Below, one piece after another: positions 24,561 to 37,640 of a stretch of DNA of 64,000 bases (positions are counted from its first letter, which is position 1; the number at the start of each line of letters is the position of its first letter). This stretch comes from Octopus sinensis. Taxonomy: Eukaryota. The notes beneath the pieces were generated by a model that saw nothing but the letters and a program-made list of their open reading frames with translations, was not told the origin of the DNA and made no database searches. Location: positions 159,402,001-159,466,000 of the forward strand of contig NC_042997.1 in assembly GCF_006345805.1 (NCBI RefSeq), in the 5' to 3' direction. The position numbers and the translations under genes are program-made.

Positions 24561-24982
24561 AGCCTTTCACTCAAGAAACATGATCGACACTATATTCACA
24601 TTTGCGTTACTCTGCTATTTTTTTCCTGGTTGCAACAACTGTCTTTTTGTTTTGACATCATGGCTATACACCTTCATTTTGACACGTGTTATGACACTTT
24701 TCAAAATATCTTTATTAATATTCAACCAATCAAACAGCTCCTGGTTGATTGATTTAGTTCTCTGTTCATTTGTCAGCAGATGCAACAAAAATTTTGATAC
24801 ATTATTTAAAATCCTTTTACTTGTTTCAGTCATTTAAGATTAACTTGATTTGTTCAATTTAACCCTTCAAGGCAGTGCCCCAACATTTTGTTTTATAAGT
24901 CTAGCTTCTTTTAGGTCATACAACAAAGAAGGAAAATAAGAAATGGACACAAATAGTGTAAGTTCTATGAATTCACTAGTTC

Positions 24983-25255
24983 ATCATCATCATTTAGCGT
25001 CTGCTTTCCATGCTAGCATGGGTTGGACGGTTCAACAGGGGTCTGGGAAGCCAGAAGGCTGCACCAGGCCCAGTCTGATCTGGCAATGTTTCTAAGGCTG
25101 GATGCCCTTCCAAACGCCAACCACTCCGTGAGTGTAGTGGGTGCTTTTTATGTGCCAGACAAGGCTGGCAAACGGCCATGGTCGGATGGTGCTTTTTACG
25201 TGCCACCAGCACGGGGGCCAAGTGAGGCTGGCAACGGCCAAGATCGGATGGTTCA
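24983..25255 (-). mobile_element. SINE family B
   Basis: (CAT)n tail, GGATGCCCTTCC core, two GTGCC modules. Confidence 0.85.
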
Positions 25256-27089
25256 CTCCAACCAAAAAACAAAAGAACCCTTATGTGGCTGCTTGACCTG
25301 CTAAAAGTAGTAGCCAAATTATATCTTACTATCTAAAAAAGAAAGATACATCTGATAACATAATTCCTAACATACTAGTCATAGGCGGAGTATTTTTGAT
25401 CAAATGTCTACTCAGTCAGAGCTGATCCAAGGTAACAACAATAAATTGATGCAATTCTAAATCTGAAGCAGTTTTGATTCTGGCAATTTTAAAAGAAAGA
25501 ATAGTAAACAGCAGACTTTTTTATAATTTGTTTACTTTATACAATGTTTGTTTAAGGCGTTGGACCACTGACTACAATGTCACGAGTTCAAATCTTATAA
25601 CATTTACTATATTGTGTCCTTGGACAAGGCATTTAACTTTGTTCCTTTTTTTTTCTGGCTGATTAAAAAATTCAGATTCTACTTGTTTTCATGTACAGAC
25701 AACATAAGACTACATTCACCAATAAATATGTCCTAACCATTATTAAGACAGTATAATGTAATAAGAGAGATGTGGTTATTATTTCTAGCATTAGTTGGCC
25801 CAGGGTTACACTTGCCCAACATGCCATGCAGTAGGATTGAACTCCAAAACCACATTGTTGCAAAGCAAGCCTCTTAACCATGCAGCTATGCTTGCATCTG
25901 AATACCATTATAGAAATAAATTAAAAAAGAAAGTGATTTAAGATTCACAACATTAATTAAAATCTCTTTTGCTTCGAATTAGCCAACTTCTACACCAGTC
26001 CTGGAGTAGCAATAAAGAATACTAAAGCTGTTAAATAATTTTCCTTCAGTTAAAAATTATTTAAGGTTGACAATTCATGCACAAAATGAAGAAGAAGAAA
26101 AAAAACAGTGCAGAGTGATTGAAGATAGTATGAACTCCATCCTTAAGCCTCAACTCAGACAACCCATCTGGAAAGTCATACATTAAACTCCGATACAGGT
26201 GAAACAGAAATGTTTAACCCTGACAGACAGCATCATTACAGTTGGTTGTTTTAATAACATGCGTACATTCCATGCTGCAAAATGGTTGGTGATAGGAAAG
26301 GCATCAGCTGTAGAAAGCTTATCAGAAAAACAAGGCAATTTATTTCCTCTTTGTTGCAGTGCATGTGTATGTATGTGTGCGCACGCTTGCATGCATGCAC
26401 ACGCCTAATGATAAAGGACTGCAGCAGGAGATGAGACAGTTAGAGACATGTCCATTTCCAGATATTCTTCTTTCCTGGTTTTTTTATGCCATGCTTACCT
26501 AGAAAAAGAGGAAGAAAAGAGGGCAAAAGGTGGATGGGGGGGGGTAAAAATATAAATGTATGGATTATAACTTGTAACTGAAGCAGAAACTGATGGTGGA
26601 GTAGGTGATAAAAGCTTGATGAATGATAGACGTGATGTGGATTAGATAGTTTGATATAGTTGACTGATTAGTGACAGATGTGAGAGGAAGGCAAATCAGT
26701 CAAAGTCAAACAAGCATGGAAAAGCAGATACAATATGAAATAATGATGAATCTTTCTGTCTATGGGGAATATCAACACATTAATGATTTATAATGACATT
26801 TCAGTATCTCTCTTTACCTAAAGGTCATTATCACCATCATCAACACACTTGTGTCTGTCTGTATGTGTGTGCATGAGGAAAAGAGAAAGAGAGGGAAGAA
26901 AGAGTGTTGGTGTGAGGCATGCATGTGCATATCTCTCTCTCACTCTTGCCACTTCCTCTCCTGATTCCATTATATTTTTTATATAAACCTTAATTATACC
27001 ATTCCACATTTTCTCAATAGACCACCAGCTGTGTTCACACCCCCCACCACCACCACCTGTAACATTTATTATTTTTTTTCTTTTACTTG

Positions 27090-27455
27090 TTTTAGTCACA
27101 GAACTGCAGCCATGGTGGGGCACCAACTTGAAGGATTTAGTCAAACAAATTGACCACAGGACTTATTTTAAGCCTGGTACTTATTCTTTTGGTCTCTTTT
27201 GCCAAACTGCTATATTACAAGGATATAAACAAACCAGTACTGGTTATCAAGTAACAGCGGGAGACCAACACAAAATAGGCACACAAACAGACAGACAGAC
27301 AGGTGGCAGTGACAACAACAACCAATACCCACAAAGTATTGGTTGACTTGGAGCTATAAAAGAAAAAATTTGCCCAAGGTTCCACATAGAAAGACTGAAC
27401 TCTAAGTCACATGGTTACAAAGTAAGCTTCTTAATGATACAGCCATGCTTGGAGT
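27090..27455 (-). mobile_element. SINE family A, diverged
   Basis: CTTTTACTTGTTTTAGTCA...GCAGCCATG...GACTTATT...TTTGCCCAAGG...ACAGCCATGC. Confidence 0.7.
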
Positions 27456-28832
27456 CAACGAGGAAACCTTTAAGCATGATCACTCACCATGCTAGAATTA
27501 GCAACTGAAGCCTAATCGAATCATATCCTAATCCTACTTGCTTGAATAAGGAACTAACATAAGATAATGCAATACTTCAAAGAAATGGTCACAGCTGCAA
27601 TGCCTCTGGTCATGTCCACTTGATCAGACCTAATATTAAGTTAAAAACCAATAAATGTAACTTCAAATAAGAATATCATTCAAATGTTCACATCTCTACT
27701 AAGCAAGTTTTCCTTTAATGAACTAATATTTCCTATCCCAGTTACCAGATGCTCACTTCCACTTCATTCATGGCTCTTTATACTGTTTGAGTTTTCTACC
27801 TTGAGTGTTTTTGTATGCTCATATTCTTGTAATTAGCAAGTTTTTTCCCTGGCACTCAATCACTACCTTCTTCACCTCATTCACAACTACTCCCACCCCT
27901 ATATAATGCAGAATAGTCGTGTATCTGATCCATAGTAAGACACCTGAGCTTCCCCACACTTAGTAGCAGGAGCATTTCCTTTTTCCTATTCTTTTTATTT
28001 ATCCTGAAAGTTACTTAGCAACCTCACTAGTGCCAGTGGTATTTAAAAAAAGCACTCACAACACACTAGTGTGGTTGGCAATAGGAAGGGCATCTAGCCA
28101 TAGAAACCATGCCAAAACTGACAGTGGAACACTGCAGAGCCCTGTGGATCACCAGATCCTATCAAACAGTCCCAGCCTATGGTTGTTGTACTATGATTTT
28201 AATGACAGACAGAAATCCATGAATGTCTTGAGTTCCATTATAATTTTTCAAGCTAACAATAAGGAATTTCATATCAAAATATCAGATCTATCTGTTATCA
28301 TTTACTTGTTTCTGTCATTGCACCACATGGAAGAATTTAGCCAAATAAATGAACCTGCCCAACTGCTAAGTTACAGGGACATAAACCAACACCAGTTGTC
28401 AAATTGTGGGGACAACAAACACAAAGACAAACACACACATATACGATGGTCTTTCATATAGTTTCCATCTATAAAATCACTCACAAGGCATCAGTTAACC
28501 TGGGGCTATAACAGAAGACACTTACCCAAGGTCTTGCAGTGGGACAGAAGCCAAAACCATGTGGTTTCAGAGCAAGCTCCTTAACCACACTTGTCATGCC
28601 TGCATTTATGCACAATTAATTATGGGAAGTTAATGATAGGCATTGTCTAGGGACTCCCACTTGCACCCATTAATACTATAATGTCCAGTCAAGCAGTGAC
28701 AGTCATACAGTGTCTGGAGGGACAACATAGTCAGTGCAGGCATTGCTGTGTGGGGAAGAAATTTGGTTTGCAGCCACGTAGTTTTAGTTTCAATTTCTCT
28801 GCATGACATTTTGAGCAAGTATCTTCAATTTA

Positions 28833-29050
28833 CTCTTTCGTTACCAGCCTGGCTGAAACCGGCTCTGGCTGAGCACAAATCTCTTGTTTTCATAAGTATT
28901 GAATTACAATCTTCCATCAAACCTTAGTCACAATTTATGTTCCTAACACAAGCTCAATGATAACTAAGTTATTTTACTAAATTCTTTGCTATATTTAAAG
29001 TAATTGAAAGAAATGCAGAGCCTCTCAAAATAAATACAGTAACAAAAGGG
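28833..29050. mobile_element. piggyBac-type MITE, inserted after a SINE A head fragment
   Basis: TTTA|CTCTTTCGTTACC ... GTAACAAAAGGG|TTAA; high similarity to 1269-1489. Confidence 0.85.
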
Positions 29051-29733
29051 TTAAATACTTTCCAGTAAAACTCTGTAGCAAGAAACTGGATGGTAGGCTT
29101 AATCAGCTGTTTGGTTTAAGTCAGTTGCCTCACTCTGTTGCAAAATTTCAGACTAGGTCTTAGAGTGATATATCTCTTCTAACCAATTTTCTGAGGGGCT
29201 GAAAAGGATCATAAGTGCTGGTTTTCTTCATTTCAGAAAATGATAGTGGCTCTGATGTTAAGGGATTAATTAGACTACTGGTTTCATAGTCAGAAGTTCA
29301 AATCTTATAACCACAATGATTTTTTTCTTTTTTTCAGAAAATCATAAACAGGAAAAAAAAAATCACTGTAACCATAATGATTTGAACTCCTGACTATGAA
29401 GACAGTAGTCTAATTTTTTAACATCAGAGCTATTGTCCCATCTAGAGGATTACAATTCATGCCATTTCTCTACAGGTTTTAGCTGCTTTTTTAAACCAGT
29501 TCAAGTAGCATACCCTGGTATCAGCAGTTCGTGTAATATTAAATGATATAGATCAACTCTATCTTTCTGCAATAAATACTGTAATATGTGCAACAATGTC
29601 TTACTAAACGCTAACTAATTGACCATTTCATGCTGTAACTGTATGTTTAATCATCTGATTTTTATGCTTATTTACAGATTGGCAAGCAAAGAACAGTGAT
29701 AGAGATAATCAAATCACGAACCATTAGTATTAC

Positions 29734-29767
29734 CCATAGCAGAACAGTTGCAACCAAAATAGAATCA
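29734..29767 (-). other. Candidate 34-nt exon (DSILVATVLLW)
   Basis: Acceptor CTTTATTTATTCAG and donor TGG|GTAATA; phase-compatible with 30511-30721. Confidence 0.25.
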
Positions 29768-30024
29768 CTGAATAAATAAAGATTGCCTGATTAACTAGAG
29801 GCATTTTTAGTATCAATTGGCTGCTATATATAGTAGAAACAAAGCTATTTTCCACCACCAAGGAAAATAAGTATTGTTCTTGGTGGAAAATATGTTGATT
29901 AAAAAAAAGATTCACTAGAAAAAAAAAAGAAAATCAATCACTACATTTACAGCTGCCATAGTAAGTAACATTGTTTTGTCTCCAATAACTAAAACTACTA
30001 TAATCAAAAATATAGGGAGCCACT

Positions 30025-30210
30025 ATGTGGTTGCCTAGCATGATAGAAATAGTAGCTAAATCTACCTCAAATCTATTATTTAAAGTAGAGTAAGTATAAA
30101 TAAGCTATTCCTAGATACACTGTTCTTGAATAAAAGATGGGATGGTCACAAGTGGAACAATGTTGAGCAAAGGTCTGAAAAATAATGCTGACCTGCAAAT
30201 AAACAACTAC
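30025..30210 (+). mobile_element. SINE-like family D copy
   Basis: ATAGAAATAGTAGCTAAATCTACCTCAAATC...CCTAGATACAC...GATGGGATGGTCAC...GCTGACCTG...AAACAAC. Confidence 0.65.
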
Positions 30211-30510
30211 TCAATTGTAACTAATTAGTAAACAGCTAGGATACCTGTAACTCAGTCATTATCTTAACGAAAAGGAAGGAATTGTTCCAGTTCAGTAGGG
30301 TTTGAAATGTTTTGATGAATACAGAATTAGGCAAACAAAAATTTCAAGTACCCACTTCTGTGCATCTTCTACATAATTATGTTTCTTTGTCAATCTACTT
30401 GTGATCCCACTAGACCTTTTGTGTACCCATAGCATACAACAGCTACACCATATGGAATTGCTACTGAACACCTCTTCTGCAAATGGCCAATTTCCAGACA
30501 TTAAGCATAC

Positions 30511-30721
30511 CCATGGCCACTTTCCATATTCATTATTCTTATGCAAGAATGTTGTTGACAGTAACTCTGAAGTTTTAACCAGCGAAGCTTCCGTTGACAG
30601 TCTGATGATAGCTTAATTGGCCAAAACTTTGAAGACATGGTCCACAACTTTCTTGTGAAAGAATTATATTCATACTCTATGGAGTAACCCATCAACTTAA
30701 TGCTAAATTGTTTTATCATAA
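30511..30721 (-). other. Candidate 211-nt exon (69 open codons, MIKQFSIKLMGYSIEY...MNMESGH)
   Basis: Strong acceptor GTTTCTTTTTATGTTCAG and donor TGG|GTATGC; part of ORF 30501..30926; no family recognised. Confidence 0.3.
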
Positions 30722-30737
30722 CTGAACATAAAAAGAA

Positions 30738-30793
<56 letters not shown>

Positions 30794-31019
30794 AAGAGAG
30801 AGAGCAAAAGAGTGAGAGAGAGAAAGAGAGAGAGATAAATATAGATACACATGTGCAAACACATATGTACACAGATAGGTAAGTGTAGGCATGACTGTGT
30901 GGCTGAGAAGCTTGCTTTCCAACCAAGTGGTCTCGATTTCAGTCCCACTGCAATCTACTACAGTCCTGGGCCAACAAAAGACATGTGCATAGATTTGGTA
31001 GACAGAAACTGGAAGAGGC

Positions 31020-31068
<49 letters not shown>

Positions 31069-31152
31069 CACACACATATTTATATATATGAGTATCTGCA
31101 TACCCTTGTCTTTACATATAAATAAATGTACATACAAATGCATATATATATA

Positions 31153-31192
<40 letters not shown>

Positions 31193-31401
31193 CACACATA
31201 CATACACACACATAAATGCACATATATAGGTGAGCATGTATACACACCTAGATACAAATACACACTCACAATATACACTACCCACAAAATCATTTAGATG
31301 CAGATATACACCTGATACATCCTTGTAGACACAGTTCGTGGCATAGTAAAAATATACCCACATTCAGAATATATCTCACTACCACTACAATGACTAATAA
31401 C

Positions 31402-31440
<39 letters not shown>

Positions 31441-32272
31441 GGTTTCGATATAGTGAGGATGAATAAAATGTATTTCAAAAATTTGGGTATTTCATGTCTT
31501 TCTCCCTCTCCGGTATCAGTTATTGATTCCTTATGGAAATATGTCCTCTTTTCTTTCAATAACCCCTCTACCCCATGTCATCTCCTCGCATACACACACA
31601 CACACACACAGCAGTCAGAAATCAGGAGAGTGCAGCTTTGTAGTAACTGTATCGAAAATTATTGGACTATGAAATTCCAGCACTGATTAATTGTAGTAGT
31701 CAGCATTTTTCTTGTTGCTGTTATTTATTTTTATCTTTATTTATTTTTTTTTTTGTATTTGCTGCAGTGACTCACAGAAGAAATATGCATCTGAGCAGCA
31801 GTTAACTAGGGACACTATAAGGGTAAACTGTGTCTTCTCTTCTCCTTCCCACCAACCCCTACACATTCTGATGCACCCACCACATGCTTTAAGCTTCTGA
31901 ATGCCATTCCATCCACCAACCTATCCCCAAAACATGATCATCTCACCAAAACAAAGTAAGAAGGGAAGCTAAAAGATCAGAAAGAATACAAGACGCATGT
32001 AAAAAAAAATAAATAACAAAAGACTAAACAAAACAAAAAAATTCACATTAGCGCAGTGATGTGTTATTAGATTAGTAGAAAGAGGAAATATAAAAATTCT
32101 TTCCTGTTATATTATGGAAACAGTCAATAATACAAGTGTATCAAGTGTTTTTGCATGGACGTGTTGAAAGATAAAAATTCCTCAACATTAAAATGGTAAG
32201 AATCTCTTTATATATTAATAATGCAAATATTAATGATAAATAATAATAATGATGATGATAATAATAATAATA

Positions 32273-33585
32273 AGCATAATAAATGCCCTGATGCAATACC
32301 AGGCAGTGGCTCTCATGGCTTCTGATCTAAACTTATTGGAAGTGTTAATATGCATATGTTTTGCCTTGATGTAAAAGATGGGATGCAACAAATATTCTGC
32401 TCAATACTACAGATCTGCCTGTCAGTTGCTTGACCTTAACTGTTGAGCATGTTTCTGAGTGGCTGATGACAGATGTACTGTATATACTTGCCTATAAGTT
32501 ACATTTTTTTTCCCTGAAATTTTCATCTGAAGTTGGGGGTGTGACTTATAAGCACAAATTATAAAAAAAAATCTTCAGATATTTTCTAGGTACAAGCGAC
32601 GACTGAAGTTTTGACACTTGGAATAACCATAAAATCCTGAATCGCTAATTCCAAAGCCATGAAGTGCACAGAATATGATCTTCAGATATTTCTTTATATA
32701 TTTCTTCACTTTTGTTAGTATGAAATAATTTTTAAAAGTGAGTTTAATGCTTGTTTGTTTTTGTACCGTACCTGTCTTTTATAATTCGTTGCCATGTTAT
32801 TTGTTAACATGAACAGAAAGAGGAATTTGTATCATATCACTTTCAAGCCAAAAGTTGTTGATTATGTGAAGAATAATAGTCAGGGATTGGCGTTTGAAAG
32901 AGGAGAAAATGAAATGACATCAAATCGTTTAAGAAAGTTAGGATAGGAATGAGTCCCAATGAAGAGATGGAGACTATTTTGAGAGACTATGTGACTGAAC
33001 TACGAACGAATGGATGTCATCACAAGAAACATCATCAAATTGTGGGCTCTCCAAATGACTAAAGAACATGGTATATCCAACTTTAAAGCATCCCCTCATT
33101 GGTGTATGAGGTTTATGAAATGCCAAAAAAGTCGCTGTGACTTATAGTCAGGTCACTGATAAAATTCCCGATTTGAACCATGTAAATTGGGGGTGAATCT
33201 TGTAGGCAAGGGCATTTTATAGTTGAGTATATACAGTAGTCGGGGAGCATCACAGCCATGTGTTGAAAAGGATTCTTTGTGGTTTGAATAATTCATCCCT
33301 TGAAACATGGGTATTTCATTCATCTTTCTTAAACAACCCTTATTCAGAGGCCTTTTCAGCATGATGGGCTACTTGACCTGAAGAAATTCTAACTGGGCCC
33401 CACCTGCAAGGTCATGTGCTGTTTGTTATATGATATGAGGTCACCATGTTGCGCACATATGGTTGTATTGCATATGCCTGGTGTACCCTAATCAGGTAGT
33501 CATGTTGGGTATACTGGGCTTCATGTATTTGTACCTCAGTATCACTTTGATGGTGTGTGCTGCTCTCGCTCTCAATAATAATAAT
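32273..33585 (+). mobile_element. (AAT)n-flanked interspersed repeat (probable non-LTR 3' region or SINE), split by a pogo element
   Basis: Begins after (AAT)n at about 32240-32272, ends ...CTCTCGCTCTC(AAT)4; non-microsatellite sequence on both sides of the 32478-33236 insertion. Confidence 0.6.
32478..33236 (+). mobile_element. pogo/Tc2-family internally deleted element (759 bp) with transposase N-terminal relic
   Basis: TA|CTGTATATACT ... AGTATATACAG|TA; 32809 onward MNRKRNLYHITFKPKVVDYVKNN (Brinker-like), then frameshifted ITRNIIKLWALQMTKEHGISNFKASPHWCMRFM (CENP-B/Tc5 HTH-like). Confidence 0.85.
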
Positions 33586-33888
33586 GGTTTCAAATTATGG
33601 GACAAGGCCAGCAATTGTGGGGAGCAGGTAAGTTCACCCTAGTGCTCAAATGGCACTTGTTTCATCAACTCTGAAAGGGGGTTGGCAGGATTTAAACTGC
33701 AGCCATAAAGAGCCTGAAGAAATACCACTAAGCATTTCATCCAGCATGCTAACAATTCTGCCACTAGAGTTAAATCTAGAAACTCTCTAGTGAAGCCTCA
33801 AAGTGTTGACAGCTGACAACACCATTATAAATTCATAGCTCACATTTTGTTGATACTCTTTAACCCTAGGGACTCCTCTACAGATTAA

Positions 33889-34101
33889 CCCTTTTAAGAC
33901 CAATCTGTCTGAGACTACCCCATGACATCAACTTAGTATTTTAGATTTATCTAAATTATAATCTTCCATTAAAATTTTATGCTAATTTGTTCCAGACCCC
34001 AGCTTAATAATAAGAAAGTTATTTTAATAAATTCATCACTGTTTTAAAAATTAATTGAAACAAAGGTAGCAGATGTTGACAAGAATATGGTAACAAAAGG
34101 G
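33889..34101. mobile_element. piggyBac-type MITE, second subfamily
   Basis: TTAA|CCCTTTT ... GTAACAAAAGGG|TTAA with a perfect TTAA duplication. Confidence 0.8.
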
Positions 34102-34704
34102 TTAATAAGGCAACTTCTACACCAAATATCCATCAAATTACATCCTACCATTTTTAAAAAAACCAAGAACACATTGAATAATGTAGTCTAGATAGATAAT
34201 TAAGATAGGATAGTTGTGGATGGATCATCCCTTGATTAAACATAAGCTCAGTCAATGGTAATCTGAAAATAAACCACAACAATAAATTGCAAATAAATAT
34301 GAAACCTGTTTCTGTCAGTCAGAAAGCTGAAGTAAAAATGGATTTAAATCCTGAATCAAGACTGACTGTCTCAATTTTTCAGTTGGATAAGTTTTATGGC
34401 AAATGCCAGTGATTTCAGGCAATAAACCACATGAAAACTTTGATAAATGACTGGTTTAATGGGGTTTTCTTTTCAATGTTTTTTATTTAAGATATTGAAT
34501 AAAACGTGATTTTTTCCCATGTATGATGCCATTATATAAAATAGCAGAAACAGCACCCTCCAGGTAGATTTTCCGCTATTTCATGTAATACATAGTCATA
34601 TTGTAACACACACACACAGAGGAAGAGAGGGGGGGGAGAAAGAGAAACAGACAAACAGAGAGAGTGACAGATAGATAAACAGAGAAAGTGACAGACAGAC
34701 AAAC

Positions 34705-34745
<41 letters not shown>

Positions 34746-35315
34746 TTTGTCCAATTTGTATTTTCCTATTGTAAGATGGTATGGTAGGATTTGATGGGAA
34801 TTTGGCTGTTATTTATAATAGACCAGTCACAATGGCTTTTGTAATTGTGTATGTGAGTACATTATTTCATATTTTTGTATGTATAAACTACATTTTCCAG
34901 TGTTTGTCCTAATCTAAGAAGCTTCAAGTGTAATATGATGGAAATGTAGCTGCTATTTCTAGATGGTTGAATGACAATGCAAAAGTCCTCTTTTGATGAC
35001 TCAAAGTTAACTTCCTTGTATAGTTCTAAAGTCAATCACAATCAAAGAAAACTAAGACAAACAACATTCCAGTCAAACCAATCCTATCATTTTCTATATC
35101 AAAAACTATATTATTCAGTATAAACTTATTTAAGATAGGAAAAAGTGATTTGTGAGTTTGGCCACCATTTTGAGCAGGCTGTGCAACTATGTGTTATGTC
35201 AGTAAAAATAGGTTAGAAGTCTAATGGGCAATACCCCTCTCTCTATCCCACTCACATTATCTATTTCCCGTTATTTCTCTCTCTCTCAAGAAGTATCAAT
35301 CACTGAAAGTGGATG

Positions 35316-35450
35316 GTACCCAGGAAGACATGGGGTGAAGTGGTAAGGACCGATCTCAGGATGTTGGGCCCCATGGAGGAAATGACAATGGACCAAGATG
35401 CCTGGCAACAGGAGGTTCTTGAGAAGACCTGTCCACGTCAGCGAAACTGA
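35316..35450 (+). pseudogene. RTE-clade LINE ORF C-terminal remnant
   Basis: Translates PRKTWGEVVRTDLRMLGPMEEMTMDQDAWQQEVLEKTCPRQRN*, matching the RTE terminal GRPxKTWxxVVxxDL...DRxxW pattern. Confidence 0.7.
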
Positions 35451-36136
35451 GTTCTAGAAGTGCTGTGTGTACCACCCACACATAAGAAAACTCCTCACAC
35501 ATCTTACCACAACAAACCAAACTACATCTCTTCTTTTCCTCACACTTCCACTTTATGCACTATGCTTACCTCGCACTCGAAATCCCGTTCTCTTGCCTCT
35601 GTCTCACTGCTATCTGCTAGCCCCCAATCTGTGTGTTCCATCCACAGGTAACAAGAAAGCTTTTCACATACCCTACCCCAAACAAACCAATCTACATCTC
35701 TACATCTCTTCTCTTCCTCACATTTTCTCTTTCATGTACTACGCCTACTTCTCACTCTCCAATCCTATCCTCACAGCCCTGATTCTCTGTATCATTGCTA
35801 TCTGGTAGCCCCCACCCTACTCTATATACCCAGGTTTTCACCACTCACTTCCCCTCCCCACTCTCTAATCATGCTTCTTTGGCAATATCTTGCCACTTAT
35901 ATATTATGACCTTCGAACTTCAAGGATATGCCCTGGCACTTTCCACCTATATCTCTCTATGCCTTTACTCGACCATACCATTTATATTCTGATCCCTTGT
36001 GAGTATGCCTGGCACTTTTCCACCATCTCTATCCTGATGTCTCCCACTCTCTTTCTCTCCTTCTTCTGCACTTCCTTCAGGTTGGGTAAGCATGTATCGC
36101 CTTTGCGGCAGTACACCTGTTTCTGTCCTCATTCCT

Positions 36137-36196
<60 letters not shown>

Positions 36197-36269
36197 CAGG
36201 TAACTTTGTACCTCCTCTACAGCAAGATACTCATTTCTGTCTCTCTGTTTCACTATAACCTTTTATCAT

Positions 36270-36550
36270 CTGATGTGACCCTGTCAGTGCAGGTGTTACT
36301 TAAAAAGCATCCAGTCCACACTGTAAATTGCTTGGCGTTAGAAAGGGCATCCAGCTGTAAAAATCTTGCCAAAACTTACCTCACCTGTGTTTATGCCACA
36401 TAAAAAGCACTAAGTCCACTGTGCTGGGTGGCTGGTATTAGAAAAGGCATCCAGCAGTAAAATCCTGCCAAAACAGTCATACAAGTCTGGTGCAGGCTTC
36501 TGCCTGGCCAGCTCCTGTCAAACTGCTCCACTCACGCCAGCATGGAAGAT
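36270..36550 (+). mobile_element. SINE family B 3' portion
   Basis: GGCGTTAGAAAGGGCATCCAGCTGTAAAAA core, a repeated AAAAAGCA module, and GCCAGCATGGAA tail. Confidence 0.7.
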
Positions 36551-36617
36551 GTATGTACATATGCATGTATATGTGTATATATATATATGTGTGTGTGTGT
36601 GTATATACATACATACA

Positions 36618-37640
36618 TGATGATGATGGCTATACACTCATGACTGAGGAAGACCATTGCTGACCTTCAGGAACATTGTGTGCTCCAGAACTAATTTATA
36701 TTTTGCATTTGCAGCTCCGTTAGTGGCTAAAGAGCCCTGTTCTTGACAAGCATATACAATTGCAAACATTGCATACCAAGCTTTCCCCATTCACTATGCC
36801 AGCAGTGTACCTTTGAGCAGGACACTTAAATTCTTCATGAAGAATATGTGCTTTTTCAAAGATGTCAACCCCCTCCTTAACCTGCTTCTTCCATCTGTGG
36901 TGATAACAGGCACTACTCTCCCAATCGGTCTCTTGCTCATCAGAGGCCTTTAATGAGGACTTGACACAGTCCTTAAATCACAGCCGGATCTTTTTCCACT
37001 AACAAGTTCCCCATATAGCATCTGTTTTGGGATCCTGCTATCCTTCATTTTAATAGGGTGTCCAGTCCAACGTAACCGGTGCTTGTGCACCATTACCTCG
37101 ATACTCAAGATATCAGCTTCCTCAAGACCTGCAGTTTTTAAGGTCCAGCCAATATTCAGAATGTGTCTCTGACATCTCTGATGGAATTGTTCAAGGATCT
37201 TTACATGACATTTGTAAAGGGTCCATGTCTCATATAAGTAAAGGAGCGATGTCAGTACATGTGCATGGTACACAGCAATTTTTGTTTTTCTTGTGATGCC
37301 ATGCTGGGACCAGACATGAGATTCAAGAGACTGGAAGGAATCAGTTTCACTCTGCAGCCTGAAAGATATTTCATCATCAAGGGAGCAAGAATGGCTGAAT
37401 GTGCTGCCCAGGTAGACAGACTTGTCTACCACTTTGAGTATTGTTCCTTTAACCAAGATAGCTAGTTCCACATATTGATTTCCTGGTGCAGGCTGGAACA
37501 TTACAACAGTCTTGTCCAGACTAATGCTGAGTCCAAATGAAACAGAAATACAATAAGTATTTGAATGTCATCCACTGTATGAGTGACTAAATCACAGTCA
37601 TCTGCATAAAAGAGGTCATGAGTAAGAGACTGGAAAACTT
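36618..37640 (-). pseudogene. RTE (BovB-like) LINE 3' fragment: RT YADD, thumb, C-terminal Cys/His motif, 3'UTR and (CAT)n tail
   Basis: HDLFYADD at 37597-37620; FGLSISLDKTVVM; ORF 36950..37501 (YLGS...KTKIAVY...LLY..ETW...RLRWTGH...RIPKQMLYGEL); then CNVCNCICLSRTGLFSH*RSC; frameshifts and stops present. Confidence 0.92.
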
